This document shows, one piece after another, positions 26,173 to 41,029 of a stretch of 64,000 bases of DNA (positions are counted from its first letter, which is position 1; each line of letters opens with the position of its first letter). Source of the DNA: Vicugna vicugna. Taxonomy: Eukaryota. The stretch is from NCBI GenBank assembly GCA_013265495.1, contig MU058645.1, positions 1,096,995 to 1,160,994 on the forward strand, given 5' to 3'. The notes under the pieces are model-generated. The model did no database searches, was not told where the DNA came from, and saw nothing but the letters and a program-made list of their open reading frames with translations. Both the position numbers and the translations under genes were made by a program.

Positions 26173-27159
26173 GAACTACTATCTTATTTATCTAAGTTAT
26201 ACTTTCTCCAAAGCAACCGTTCAGAGAACACTGATAGCCAAATTTGGATTCCGCCCTATACTAAATATCTGTCTTGGGAGTATACATTTTTTCATCACAC
26301 TCCATGCACAATTTTATATCTGCATCCTTATCTTCCTTTCTATTTTCCATTTCTACCCTTAGCTTATATTACTGTTTTTGCAAGGAACCTTACATCTTTT
26401 CATGAATAGGACAGTGATAAAAATAATTATATAAGTAAAGACTTATCATCCCTCAACATTAATGTCTAGTATTCATACATGGACTTTTTTTTAGGCCAAT
26501 GGGAAGAAAAGATTACTTTGAATATTGAAGAGTAAATTTTCCTCATTCACATCATCTGCAGAGAAGACAAAAAAATGAGTGTTTACCATCGGTTCCCAAA
26601 AACCCACAGGTGGTTTTAATTTATTTATTCAATCAAATACATTACCGATTCCTATGCTTCCCACTTTTTTCTTTCCTTTGATCCTACTGTTAGTGTACAG
26701 TGGCATGATACTAATATGCTAGAACTGACTGCTGCCAGGACTTGAGAAGCCAGGGCACTTCTCCAATCTTCTATACTCCAATGGCTTCTTACTTTGCCTA
26801 AGCTGCTCCCCAGCACTGCCCCATCTCACGAAAGTGATTCTCAAATGAAAGATGAGTAATACATGAGTAAAGATGGGAGAAAGCCGTTTTCCCTCAGGAG
26901 ACGATATAACTTTTTCCATCTTAAGTTGAGACTCACAGACTTATCAGATGCTTGATCTACTTCTATAAGATTACAAATTTTAAAATTTGCCTGAAGCATC
27001 TCTTTATATTTAAGTAAAACCCTTTCTCCTTGCTTAGTTCCTTGGCACACAGTACTTCGTCTGCCTCTTTACCTAAACCCCTGCAGTCATCTACTTTAAC
27101 AGTACACTTGCTTCCAACCTAGAACCCCCTTTCAGTATCTGCAATCTAAACACACTCGA

Positions 27160-27395
27160 GTACTCTGGTTAAGTGTTCAAACTCTGAAAGCACATAGATC
27201 TGAACTGGTATCCAAGTTCCAACACTGAATAATAACTAGGAGTTTGAAATTCATATAAAACATGCCTCAATTATGTAACAGACATAATGATAACATTTGG
27301 TATTGCTGTCACGAGGACTGCATGCGTGCACAGCACAATATACACAAACGGTACCAATATGATGTCTGGCACACAGTGGACACAAATTCACGTTA
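27160..27395 (+). mobile_element. MIR SINE
   Basis: tggttaagtgttcaaactctgaa ... tgctgtcacgaggact ... gtctggcacacagtggacacaaa. Confidence 0.55.
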
Positions 27396-28966
27396 AGAAA
27401 CCTCAGGCCCTCAATCAACAGCTCAGCTTAGAGTATCCACAGAAGAGGATATAATCAAATCATGAATTTACTTAACAGAACTCTAGAAAGATCTGACATT
27501 AAGACACTGAGTTCTGCAGAAAACCGGAAAGAAAAGATGAAAATGATACACAGAACAAATGAACCATCCCTGTCCACAGAAAACCAACAGCCAGGTATCT
27601 AACTTGCAGGTAACAGGCTTGAGTTTTCATCTCTAGAAAAACTGAAGTGCCCCAGAAGGCAAGACTTCCATGTTTTGGCATTCAGCTCTGACTGACGCTT
27701 TACTTCAGGTGATCAATTCAAACTGAAGCTTGCAGTGAGCAAGCCCGGTTCATAACACAAGTTTCTATTTCAAATTTTCAATGCTTCAAACTTAAATATG
27801 TGTAGACAACGAAGGTTCACCAAAGATCTGAGGAAGGCTCTAACATGAAAGAGCATACAAAGTAAAGACAAGGGCCTGTTCCTTTAGGGGAAAAACTGCT
27901 GGGAAAGGAGATAATACCCCTCAAAAAAACTCTTTCGGGAGACAGTGCTAAATAAACTATTTTCTAAAATGATTGTACACATTTAGATTCCCAAAAGACA
28001 AGAGTAAGAATTTGTTTTGATCCTCTTCTCCGACATTTCTTATTGCCAGTGCTATTTCATCAGCCATGCTAGTGTCTTTGCTAAATGTCTGAAGTAGCAT
28101 TCTCCCGATTACTAATAAAGCTGATCATGTTTTTCACGTTTTTGGTCATTCAGGAATACTCTTTTTGAAGCACATTTGAAGTTTCCAGGCTATTTTTCTA
28201 CTGTGTTGTTTAGATTTCTACTTTGTGGTTACAGGTGTAGCAAATACCTTTTCCCATCCTGTGGCTTGGCTTGCCATTTCTGTCCTGAATGGTGCTGTAT
28301 GATGACTAAAGTTAATCAGACTGAATTGAATTCAGTTACATTTATTCTTAATGCAGCTCAAGCTATCAGTATTCTCTTCCCAGTTAGTTTCTGTGTCCCG
28401 TTTAAAAGAAGTCTTTCAACCATGCCAAGGTCATCAAGATATCCTTCTGTATTAAATTCTAGAAACTTTACCGTTACGACTGCCACATTTATATCTACAG
28501 TGTACCAGGAAATGATGTCTGTGATGAGGAAATAACCTTTCCTCTCCCACATGTATACCCAACTGTCCTCGTGCATCTTACTCAAGAGACTACCCTTTTC
28601 CAACTGCTTTACAGTGCCGTCGTGTCATAAACAGCATCTATAAATACTTGGGTCTGTTTCTGGACTCTTCATTTTATTAATCTATTTGTTTATTCTTGCT
28701 TTAAATAGCACAATTTATTATTTATTGAAACTTTACTCTTTAAAACCTTAATATGCAGTATAGCATGTTATTTCACCTTGCTTCTTTAAGAGTGTCTCAG
28801 CCTTTGTGTTTCCATACAGATTTTAGAAATAGTTGGTCAATTTCTAAAATTATACTAGCAATAATTTTATTGGAATATTACAACAGAATCTTTAGAATCA
28901 TGAACATGGTATATAATTTCCTCACTTGGTTAGGTATTCTTTGATTACCTCTCAAGAATACAAAGC

Positions 28967-28992
28967 TTTTTTTTTTTTTTTTTTTTTTTTTT
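28967..28992 (+). repeat. Poly(T) tract, about 26 nt
   Basis: Direct observation. Confidence 0.95.
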
Positions 28993-30194
28993 AACTGTGC
29001 CTTCATTCATTTTTTTGTTAGGTTTAATCCCAGACATTTGGGGTTATTTTTGCTAGTGTATACCATATTTTTCTTCATTTCTGCTGTTCATATAAGAATG
29101 AATAATTGATTTTTCAATATCCTACTTTGTACCCAGAACCCCAGTTTCATTATTAATTCCCATAATTTTTCTGTAGGTTCTTTTGGATTCTTTAGGTAAA
29201 CAATATCACTTACAAATAATGGAAAGGAAAAAATTTATCACCATCCATCACACTTCTAAATTTATTTTTCTTGCCATCCTTTCTGCACTGGCCAGCACAC
29301 CTTTAGTTCAAAGTAACACAAAAGTGTATCATTCTTGGCTTGTTTCAGATTCCAAGAATAAAGCTTTCAGCAGTTCACTACAAAGTTGAAAGTAATCTGT
29401 AGACTTTGCATAGATATATTTTACCAGATTAAGAAAAATCCCTCTATTTCCTAGCTTGCTAAGAGTTTGTTGTTGTTGTTGTTAAAGTCATGAGTGGATG
29501 TTTAAATGTATCATATTTCTTCACTACCTATTGAGAAAACCATATTTCTACTTTATTCTGTTAATGCAGTGGATTACATGAAATTATCAAATGTTAAACT
29601 AACCTTACATTTCTACAGTAAAAATGGTCATGATGCATTATCCTTTGTTATAAATTGTTAGGTTCAGTTTGCTAGCATTTTGGTGATGACTTTTTAAGAA
29701 AATTTACATTCACAAATGGAACTGGCTTGAAATTTTCCTTTTTCATAAAATGCTTCTCTGGTTTTCACATCAAGGTTATTCTGGCCTCAAAATGTGTTAG
29801 GATGCATTTCCCCCGTTTTCTGTTCTTTGGACTGGCTTGTAGAAGCTGACTTGTGTTACTTCTCCCTTAAATACTGAATAGAAATGAGTGGTGAAGCCAC
29901 CTGGGCCTAGAGTTTTCTTCTCTGTGCAAGGTTTTCAATTAAGGAATTCTGTTATTTAATTTAGATTTTTCTATTCCTTCATATGTTAATTTTGGTAACT
30001 TATCATCTAGAAATAAATCCACATTGTTTAAATTTTCAAACTTGCTAACTTAAGGCTTTTTTCTAATTTTCCTTTTAATAGCTACAGGATCTGTAACATG
30101 TTCCCTTTTTCATTCCTGTTTGGTTACCTGTGTCTTCCTTTTTCTTAATCATTCTTCCAGTCTTTTGAAAGAATTTACTTTTGCTTTTGTTCAC

Positions 30195-30660
30195 TAGCAT
30201 AGACTGATCCCAAAAATGGCCACAATTATCCATTCACCCCTAAAGGTAATCTATGCCGTTTGCAGTGTCTATCTGCTGCTCCCCTTACCTCTTGAGTCTG
30301 CACTAGTACTGTAACTGGCTTTCCAACACAATGTAGTGGAAAGAGTGCTGTGTGTTAAAAACCTAAGTCTCAGTCTTATGTGCATTTACTCTCTTAGAAC
30401 CCTATTATTCCCATGTGAACAATCTCAGACTAACCAACTAGAGAATGAAAAACAAGCTACCTAGTCATCATCAGTGTCTCCCCTAGTCCGCAGCTAGACA
30501 ACGCATAAAAACAGGAATGCCGGACTAACCCACACCAGACTGCAGATGCAGATAAGAAGAAATGCTCTGCTGAACAGAAGTAGGAGCAAAACAGATGGTG
30601 GTTGTTTTAATGTAAGTTTCTGGGGTAGCTCATTATAATGCAGCAATAGCCATTCTATGC
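30195..30660 (+). mobile_element. MaLR solo LTR (MLT1-like) nested in the L1M
   Basis: aaaaatggccacaatt, cttgagtctgcactagtactgtaactggcttt, terminal ggttgttttaatgtaagtttctggggtagctcattataatgcagcaatag. Confidence 0.7.
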
Positions 30661-33600
30661 ACTAACCATCTTACCATCTTTATTTTGTGTATTTTTTGTC
30701 TTTAATTAATTTCTACTCTTACCTTTATTACGTTCTTCCTTCTATTTCTTTTAGTTTTACTCTGCTGTACTTTTTCCAACATTGTGAAATGGATGCTTAG
30801 CTTACTGCACCCTTCCTCCTTTTCTAATATATGTACTTTTGAAGCAAAGTATTCCTCTAAGCTGGCTTTAGCTGTATCCCAAAGTTCTGACATGCAGTAT
30901 TTCCACTATCATTCAGGTGAAATAATTTCATCGTTATTGAATATTTAAATAATTTTTCTCAAACATGAGAATTTCCTAAGTATCTTTGTTACTGATTTCT
31001 AGCCTCCTACATTGTGATCAAAAAACACATACTATGTATAAAATCAATCCTGTAATATTTGTTCAGACTTGCTTTTAAGCATGGCAGTATGGTCAATTTT
31101 TCTAAATATTCCATGGGTGCTCAAAAAGTATGCAAATTCCTCTGTGATTAACTTTTGTCTGTTTCTCCTTTTTGTTCTATTTTTGCTTTACGTGTTCAGA
31201 GGCTGTGTTATTTGGTGTATACAAAATTATATCCTTCCGTCATTAGGAAGTGGCCCTCTTTACCTCTAGTAATACCTTTTGCCAGTAAGCCCAGGCATCA
31301 ATATAGAGATAAAAATTTTTTGATGTTTGGTACTTCATGGTAAATCTTTCTCAATTCTATTACTTGCAACCCTTTGTTATCCTTGTATTTTAAATGGGAG
31401 TCTGTTAAACAGCATCCATATGAGTTTTGTTTCTTTATCCAATCTTGTAATCTTTTAATTTTAACTGGAACACTTAGCCCATTTACACTATATGGTCTGT
31501 ATGCACCTTCCTACTAAGGCCTTTCTACATGGCCTCACCTCTTTTATGTTCTTGTTTATTTTCTTCCATGCTTCCTTTCCTGGGGAGTGGTGGGGTGTAC
31601 ACAGATACAAATGAGCATGTTTTCTCATTTCATTTTTCCTTTCTATTAGCTTGAAAGTTACATGCTTGTTTACCCTAGACATGCATCACCGAATTATCAA
31701 ACACTAATGTTAATGCGTATTTTTACCTCCTTCCCATACAATGCAAGGACCCCAGACTATTTAACATCATGTAGCCCAATCCAGTTCACATAGTACTAGT
31801 TGTTTTCAAATTTTATTTATATTTTTAACTCAACAGGACATTATGACTATACAGGTAATGTGCATTTACGTTTATCCATGCATTTTCCATTTTCATTGCT
31901 CTTTATTCCTTTCTACATCTTCAACTTTCCAACTAGGGTCATTTTTCTTCTGCCTGGAAAACACTCATTAATATTTTCTTCAGTGAAAGTCTTCTGGTGA
32001 TGAAGTCTCTCAGTTTTTTCTTACCTGAAAACGTGTTCTTCTTGATGGCCATGGAACTCTAGTTTGGCAGTTATTTTCTTTTAGCACCCTGAAAGTTTCT
32101 TTACCCTGTCTTCTGATTTCCTCTGCTACTTCCGAGAAATGAGCCGAGACTTACTGTTGCTTCTTTAAAAGTAATCTTTCCGCTCTTCTTGCTACTTTTT
32201 AGATTTCCTACTCAATATGAGTTTTCACTAGTTTTACTATAACATACCTAACTATGGTTTTCATTTTGCGGTTCAGACTTTCATTAATCTGTGACTTTAT
32301 TTCTTTGGTTTGAGAGTTCTCAACCATGCTCCTCTCATATGCTGCCTCTGATCCATTCTATTTCCCTGTTTTCCAGATGTTCCAACAACATATACTGGAC
32401 TTTCTCACTGAATTCCTTTCATTTTTCACACTCCCTCCTAGTTTTTCTACCCCTCTGCCTCTCCAAGCTGAGTATTTTCTTCTGAGCCAACTTACAGTTC
32501 ACTAATTCTTTCTTCAAAAGCTTTTAATCTTCAGTAAACCTATTAATTTCAGCTAAGGAATTTTTCAGTCTGATTTGTCTTTTACCGTTCCCATTTCTCT
32601 GCCATGTTTCCCCAACTTATCTTTAGTCTTCCTACAGATAGTAAGCGTAACTTTTATAAAGTCTGGGTCTAATAATTCCAATATCTAAAGTTTCTGTGGA
32701 TTTGTTTCTTTTGTCTTGTTGTTTCTTCAGACTTTTGTTAATGTCACCTTACCTTACTGTGTGTTTATTTTCTAGTGTATGCCAGACAATAATGTACTTA
32801 CTAAATAGCTTACAGAAATACAAGGCCTAAGATGATGTTACCTTCCCCCAGAGAGAATGTATGTTAGCTTCGGCCAGGTACCTATTGCTACTAGCAACCA
32901 AAGATCATCTCAATACAATTTTACCTACTGAGGTTGAGGTACTTTTAATCAGCATCATGCAGTGTATGCGCGGGCCTTGGAAATAAGGATTCACTCTTTC
33001 CCCGAGAACGACACCCATCAGATCCCTACCCAAAGCAAAGACTGGGGATGGGGAGGAGTTCAGAGAGATAGGTTATAGATTCCAACCCAAGTCCCTCAGA
33101 GTTCAGCCTCTCAGCTGTCCTCTCCAGATTCAGCAACTAGACTACAGAAAAGGAGTATCCCCCAAGCCAGGCTTACAACCTTGATTCTCTGTCCTCCCAA
33201 GGATCCTGAACTAGCAATTCTTTACAGTCTTACTGGGTCTCTGATGCTTTCAAGCAGGTGTTTTTTTCCTATTGCACCCTCTTTTACTAGAATTGCTCAG
33301 CTGGTCTGAATTACCCTTAGTCCTTAACAGAGAAGTCCAGGACATTTTTAAGAAGTTGCCTTTTAATCTAAATAGATCTAGAATTGGTATCACTTTAGGC
33401 AATATAGTAACTTCAGGGTAAAAAATATACTACCATAAAAAAATGAGGGTTTGCGAAAGAGGAAAAAGACAGATCACAGAAAATTTATTAACAGGCTTGG
33501 CTCTATGTTCATTTAGAGCAAGCTCTTCCTACTTTTCTGCAACTTGCTAACTCTACCTTCATGTATATAAAGTCACAGATTCTATAAAACTTCACTCCCT

Positions 33601-36600
33601 CTCCTCTCCTCTCCTCAAACAATCCAAACAGAGAAAGAATAGCCACATCCCATCCCTAACTCAGTTTGTTCAGTTAGAGTATTTTTCAGTAGAATAGAAA
33701 ACAACCTTTCATTTTCATGTTTTTAACAAAACATTTATTCAAGGTTTGCTACACAGTAATGAGTGAGATAGATGCTAGGGATTAAAAAAAAAAAGATAAA
33801 GGGGAAGAGGAAAAGGAGAAATTCTTGCTCTCAAGAAGGATATGAAAATGCCTTCACTCTACTTGCTAACTTAACTATTTCTTGAAGTAAGTAACCCTGC
33901 CTACTCTTCCTAATAATAGTTGTACTCTACACAGATCTCTTTCTAAAGTAACTCGCATAGGTGGATATACATTATATATCTCAAACATGGCAAAGGATGT
34001 CTGGCAAAATGCATTATGAATAGAAGTACTTCAGCACTTCAGGTGACTAACAGGTAACTGTTTTATTTGTGTCCTCTGTCAAAGTGGTTGGACTCCATTT
34101 TACGACACACACTTAGAAGACCCTCTGTGGCACATCCTATTCTTTTCACATATTGAATCTCTTGTGCTAGAACTATGACACTAAGATTACACAGAAAGAC
34201 TTTTACCACAGCTAAGTAATCCTCACAATTATTATTTACTAACTAAAAAATGTTTTAAAATCAGTCAAAACTAACATATTAAATCCGTAACAAAATTTTC
34301 CCATCTTAAAAATAAACCAATCTCCACTGCTCCAGAACCAACAAAAACCAGCTCAAGTGTGTTAAAGGGCATACCACTGGGATTCTAATACAATTCAAAC
34401 TGTCAAGGTCATCCTTCTCAAAATGGTGTATGTAGAGAATGAAAAAAAATTAATCATAGCAGCTGCTTTGTCTACTGCAACCAATTTCCAAGTTAATATC
34501 ATTTGCGTTGCATTAAAATTCATTCTGTGTTGATTTATCATGCTAGTTCTGCAGCTTCATTCAATTAAAACAACGTCACAATACATTCAAAGAAAATCAT
34601 TTCAAACAGCCTGAGCTAACTGCAACTTTAAAGGCCAAAAGAAAGAAAAAAGAAGAAAAAAAAATTCATTAACCCTACTGTTTAAGTACAGACCTTCTAT
34701 ATGGCTTGCCAATTATATTTCTGCCGAGTGGCATGTTAATTTCTAAAGAAGAGGTTAACAACAATCATGTCTAATGCTATTTGTTGCTGCTCACTTAATT
34801 TTAAATAGAAAAGATAGATTTCTCCCAATGACAAAATGTAAAGTATTATAGCAAATCTTTCCATTAACATTTTAAAAAATCTACAATTAAAGCTAAAAAA
34901 CCTTCTGTGGCACACTACTGAAAAACAAAACAAAAAATGGATTTCCAAAAGCATTTCAGTAAAACACTTCTAGTATGTGTTAAAGACTAATTTCTGCTTA
35001 AAATCTTAGAAAAACAATTTTTAAAAGAAGATGCATTTCTTTGGACTGCTTTGCCCAATAAGTTGATACCTGTTTTTAAATATTGTGTCTAGGATTTCCA
35101 AGTTGATTTTAGTTAGGTATCTTACAAAACTTACAGCATAATCACATAAGCAACTTAGTAGGTAAGAAACCCATACACACAAATGTACATTTATTGATTT
35201 GAAAGTCTTCCACTTGGCAGATGACAAAAAATGGACCACCTCTAGTGTAGGCAACATTAGTAAGCCTATCATATACAACTGTGTAAGATGAGAGCAGTCA
35301 TGACTACTTAGCAATACAGCTGTTTTTAATTAAAAAATACCTGAATATTTTCTTTGATCTTATTGTTTTACTGATTAACTCTAGACTTCTGACAGTGAAG
35401 GAGAAAGTGCTAACAATGCAGATTAAATTTAAAAGTTTGCTGTGTCTTAAATCATTCATTATGAATAGCACAATGTTCTTCCAGTATTCAAAACCATTAT
35501 CAAATTCAAAAACGGGGTGAGTTTGTCATTTATAAACAAATGAAGTTTCAACATGTCTTTGTGATTTTCATTTTCACCTACTCATTAATGTAAATGAAAA
35601 TACCAACCAATATTCATGTCAGAACTATACTCATTCATCAGCTAAAACCAGTTTGGCCAGGGATACAAGAGTTCAGCAAAAATCAGTGGAAGTATTCTGT
35701 TTAAAAAATAACAACAACAATCAGAATGAATATATCAAAATGTCTTCTACTTTGAGGGGCGACAAGTGTCTTATCCCTTCTCTATCTTCATATAAATACT
35801 AGATAAGTAGTCAGGTATGTCTTCTGCTACATAGTAATTACTACAGAAACCATTTTGCAAAATCTTTCATATATTAGGCCTTCATACACATCTTCTGTTG
35901 GTGGCACATGGCTTTTTAAGAAGAAGCATTTATACCAACAGATGTTAAAAGTGGAAAACGGTAACTAATAATAACCAGAGCATGAAATTTATAGTATATG
36001 AACTTGGATATCCTAAATTACGTCAAATCTTCATCCCTTAAGTATACATACAATTGGGAAAGAGGCTAAAACCATTCAAAACAAACTCAGGTGAGTAAGA
36101 TGACTATCCTTCTGGAAGCTAAATAACAGGTATTTACAAAAACAAAAAATTATTTAACCAATTAAAATAAAAATATGAGGACAATGAAAGCCAACAATGG
36201 TTGTATGACACAAATAGATGACAACGTATTTTGACAGTCTAAGGTCCTAACTCTTATACACAAGGCCCTCTAAAAGATCCCTAACTACTTTTCAAACCTT
36301 TATTTTTGCTATTATCCTTCTGTTCAGACACATGTTCACTGTTCTCTAAAAACAGCAGGTGTTTTTAATTTTTGTTCCATGTAACACCTTTCTTTCTCCT
36401 TCCTTCCCACCAAACAACATGTCAAATCCTCCTAATCTTGAGCTCAAGTGTTCCTTCTGTCATTTTCCTTCTGTGTTCTTCCACTCCTAGTGCCAGCTGT
36501 TTTCTCCTCCAAAGTGAGGAGCTCAGAACACTGTGCACCCGCCTCCTACAGCCCATATATCACACTAAGCAAAGATATGCATGTCTTTTGAAGGGCATTC

Positions 36601-39600
36601 CTTGAAGTCAGAAATCAGCACCAGTTTTTTGTTTGTTTTAATCCACAGTGCCTCACACAATATACAGCACACACAGAAGAAATTAACATCTATTTAGGCT
36701 GCTGGATAACACAATTAAAAGAGTTCAAAAAAATAGTGATTTTCATTTTCAGTGATTTTTCATTCTCACAATAAAAAATACAATCACTAAATAAGTTACA
36801 TACAGCACAGGAACTCATACATTTCAGAAACTTCTTAAATGGTAAGCTTGACTGACTGATCTCAAGATAAACTCCACAAGACACAGTCAATGATGTCACA
36901 GAAACAAAACAACTATTATTTCCACTTCCCATTTCAATATGGAAGTTATCTAGCATGAGTGCAAGGACTTTGTTATTCAACCTTTAGGTGCTGAGTATGT
37001 CTTATTATGAGCGTTCCAGTATAAGCTAATTTCTGTTTGGCACTTTACACTTAATCTTCTGAACAACACTAGAAAGGTGGTTACTATTATCATTTACATC
37101 TCACAGATGAGAGGTTACAAAAATAGTCCAAATCGTAGAACACCTAGATTGAATATAGAGTTTGGACACTTAATCAGTATAATATAACACCTCTCTTCTA
37201 AAGATTCCAAATATATACCCTCATCATACCAGCTACTCATGTTTAGTTTTCTCATTCTCATTAATCATTCAGAATGTTTAGTACAAAGTTTATAAAAACT
37301 CTCCTCAGATTCAAGTTTACTTTCAGAATGAGTCCAACTGTGTTCCTATAATTTCTTTTCCACCCACATCACAAAACACATCATTATCAAATATTATCAG
37401 ATGACTTTTTACATAACCACACCTGGCCTTTTCAATATTTTCATCTTTTACTGATTGAGATCACTGCTTTAACAATCAACATACACATCCTTTTCACTTT
37501 AATTGAATCTTATATGAATGAAAACCTTTATGTGATCATTAATTCATCCACATAATTTAACAACAAATATGTGTAACTTCAAAAAAGAGAGAGAGTGATT
37601 ATTTGCATTAAGATTGAGCTTCCAAGTGTTACCGCAGACCCTGAAGATGAGTCCAGGAGATGACACAAGTATGTATGTAGTAGTTCTGACCAGAGATTAT
37701 GAATACAGTCTAAGGCTCTTTGAAATTGATTTCTTAAGTTTCACTGCACAAATATTATCAGCCTCATACACTGTTTCCAAAATGTTGATTCAGCTCTCTT
37801 AAAGAGACCTGCTCTTTTTGGCAAGAACTTTAGTTACATTTGACTTACAACAACCATTTTTTACACCACCCTGGTTCAATGTTACTACATTGTTAAGAAT
37901 AACTCAGTTTACAGTGTCTTTTAATTATTATATTCTGTTAATATATCTGCATTTATCATCTTTTACTCTTGGTTCCTCCACAATATTAGCCTCCACATGT
38001 AACAGACTAAGAAACCTTAAGATTTTCATTATTTAATCTCTCTCCTTGTCTTCAGTCACTGCCATTCCTTATGTTCAGGCACTCCTGCGGAGCTGTAGCC
38101 TGGCTGTAGCAGCAGCCATGAGTGCAGGATTACGTCTTTTCATATTTCTGTGCCAGGTGCCTGGCACTGGACACACATAGTATTTCTGGATTAAAAGAAC
38201 ACACCAAAATTTTACTGGTTTATACTCAGATCTCCTCTTCAGCCTTCATGTTTCTAATCACTTTTCAAACTGTGGGGTTTTCTTTTGTTTTAATCTGTGC
38301 TTAAGATTGCATATTTATACTGCTTTTATACAAACTTACATATAAAAAGGAAAGAAAGTAATCCGTTTTCTATAACCCCAAACACAATATAGATACATTT
38401 TTTTAAGCTCAATCAATTCCTTACCAAGAATAAAGAAAAAATGATCACACCAACATGAAACACGGAGATGGCCAAGACCATGCTAGGCAGACTACTTACT
38501 TGATGATGTTTCTGAACTTAGGCAACGCAGTTTTCTACTGCAGCCAAAACTACATTTCAGTTAAGTCCCCTAATTTATTTCTGAACTATTTTGTTCTAAA
38601 GGGGTGGGTTTATTAAGTCATATAATAACTGCTTTTCCAGTGAAATAATTAAGTTTAATTCTAAGGCTAGTTACTGAAAAGTTCTCTTTCAGTGTCGCCA
38701 AGGTAAAGTTAAAGCAGATTCCATAAAAAACTACAGTAGCTTTCTTCTCAAATTCTAACCAAAAGAAGGCATAAATTTAGGTTACCTACAATAAGCAGGC
38801 ACAAAAATGGGTAGTCGAGCTGAAGTGGTATAACCTTCAACCATCCCATTTCATTGCCAATTTTGGAGGGAAGAGGGTTAGGATTAGAAGATTCTGCTAC
38901 TGACCACTTCACTCACTTCCAGGAGACACTGCTCTCTCTCAAGATGGGTCAAAAGTAGATCAGCACCTTGAGCTTTCCTTTAGTATCTAACAGAAATATC
39001 CAACAGCACTGAAAAGCAGGTTTCTCTTCAACTTTTGTATTATACTCCTTTGGTTATTTCAGTGAGAATCTTTAAGAGATATGGAGGTTAGATATCTGTG
39101 GTTAGGTTTCTAACTGACTCTACAAGTCCTCTGTACTAGTAATTTTAACAGAGTAGATCCTAACGAACTCTTTTTGGACAAGGTCAATCACAGACAAAGC
39201 TTTCTATCTCAACTGAGCCTGGAAAACATTCACTCACGAGCAATACTTCTTCCCTAAAATTCCATCTTTTAATTTATTCTTCTGAACACTAATCCTTTTT
39301 AATATCAACATGTATTACTTACAAAAGAAAGCATTCATATTTAAAGACTCTGAGAAGGCTTATTTTTAAAAGTTGTTAAACTCTTAAAAAACCTGAGCTG
39401 AACAAAATTTATTGTTTTCAGACTGTCCTGAAATCCTTTTTGGAATAATTTCTATTAACATCCTAAGAAATTTAATGTATCTCAGAACCATAAAGAACCT
39501 ATTAAATATTTGGTACACAGCAGGCCCTCAATATACCCTTGCAGAGTGAAATAAAAAGGAAACTTCAAAACCAAAAGTCATGAAACTGACTTTCATTATG

Positions 39601-41029
39601 TTGATCTGTTTAAAGTTCTAAGTCAACAATAATAGTTTCTCTACCTAAAATTTAGAGACATGCTCTATATTATCAAACTGTGCTGCTAAATTAAAAACTC
39701 CAAAATGTTACTACGTAATCTGAAACACTTTGCAAATGCACTCAATAAAAATATGTATCTAACCATCTCCCAATCAACAATCAATCTCTAACAGTTCCCT
39801 GTATAAACTATTAAAGAGAGAGGTACAGATCTTCTAAAATACTTTCACTCATTTTTTAAGATCATATCCTGGCAAAAATCAAGGCTTAATCTAAGTATTG
39901 AAAAAAGAGATTTTGTAGATCATTAAATTTTGACTTAAAGTCCACTTGTTTCTCAGGAGAACAAAGATGAAAGTAGTTTATATCAGGACTCTTAAGTCCT
40001 TCAACACAATAAGAAAGCCACAATAGTCAAACATAAAAAGGACTAAGTAAGGATAACTGACTGCACTGATCCATCCCTTTTCTCTGCTTGTAACTACTCC
40101 AAAACAAATGCCAGCTAAACAGTCAATTTGTAGATGACAATCATGAGAAACAGGAAACCAAAAAAACTCCATATTAACTCAGAAGTTATGATTAGCCAAA
40201 TTTTATCTGCAAACCCAGGAAAAATACTCATGCTCCACCATTAACATAGATTATTATTATGAGCTATAGACAGTGCTGTGAATAACATTATAAATCTATA
40301 TTATTAATTATAGTGGCCAGGATGGGATCCTACCGGGATCCTACAAGCTGGAAAAAAATATTTGAAAGGGTATTTATCCATCTTACAACCCTCTGATCAT
40401 ATGTGTCATCATGAGAGTCTAGACCCTAGACACACCTTTCAAGGCTCTGATCATTCAAAATTAAAACCCATTTTAAAAACATCAGAAAATCAAAGTCATC
40501 TTCATGTAAAATCTCTGGAAAAAGTCTCACTACAATTTCATCCTAACATGTCCAAAGCAACCAGTTTACCAATCTAATATGTTCATGTATATACCAGATG
40601 ACTAACATCCCTAACAGCTAGACCTTGCCTGTATTTAGAACTTACCTGCCACTCTGGCAGATTCTATAAAACAGTTTCTTACAACTCAAAAATGACAACC
40701 AGGCAAATTTAATGATAGAATTACTACAACTCATTAAGACATAGCATCTTTTACTTATTATCAATCAGAGTTAACACCATTCATACACTGTTTATAAGGT
40801 CTCATGGATTCAAACAAGTCCTTAACAACTTAACTGGCCAAATTACCCCTTTGATGGCCTATGCATAACTTTAATCTTCATTAATGTCTGTCACTTTATG
40901 AATGTCTGATAAACTTCAGTAGTCCTAAATGATTTAATACAGTATCTTTTTAGCTTTCATACAACACCGTGGGCTCCTTCAAGGAGAGGGATTTTTTTCC
41001 TTATTCATGATCATAAAAGCCATACTGAG

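Larger units (their letters stand above)
27940..33330 (-). mobile_element. Large degenerate L1M element (3' region through ORF2, ORF1 and 5' part), interrupted by an LTR
   Basis: Continuous T-rich antisense-L1 sequence; ORF 30702..30893 LWDTAKASLEEYF...SKTKRNRRKNVIKVRVEIN resembles the ORF2 post-endonuclease segment. Confidence 0.8.

Noticed and set aside
40324..40344. Short direct duplication GGGATCCTAC x2 (similar cases near 17250-17330, 22458-22490, 57982-58003, 63291-63324)
   Set aside because: Ordinary slippage micro-duplications; no regular repeat-spacer array, so not CRISPR-like
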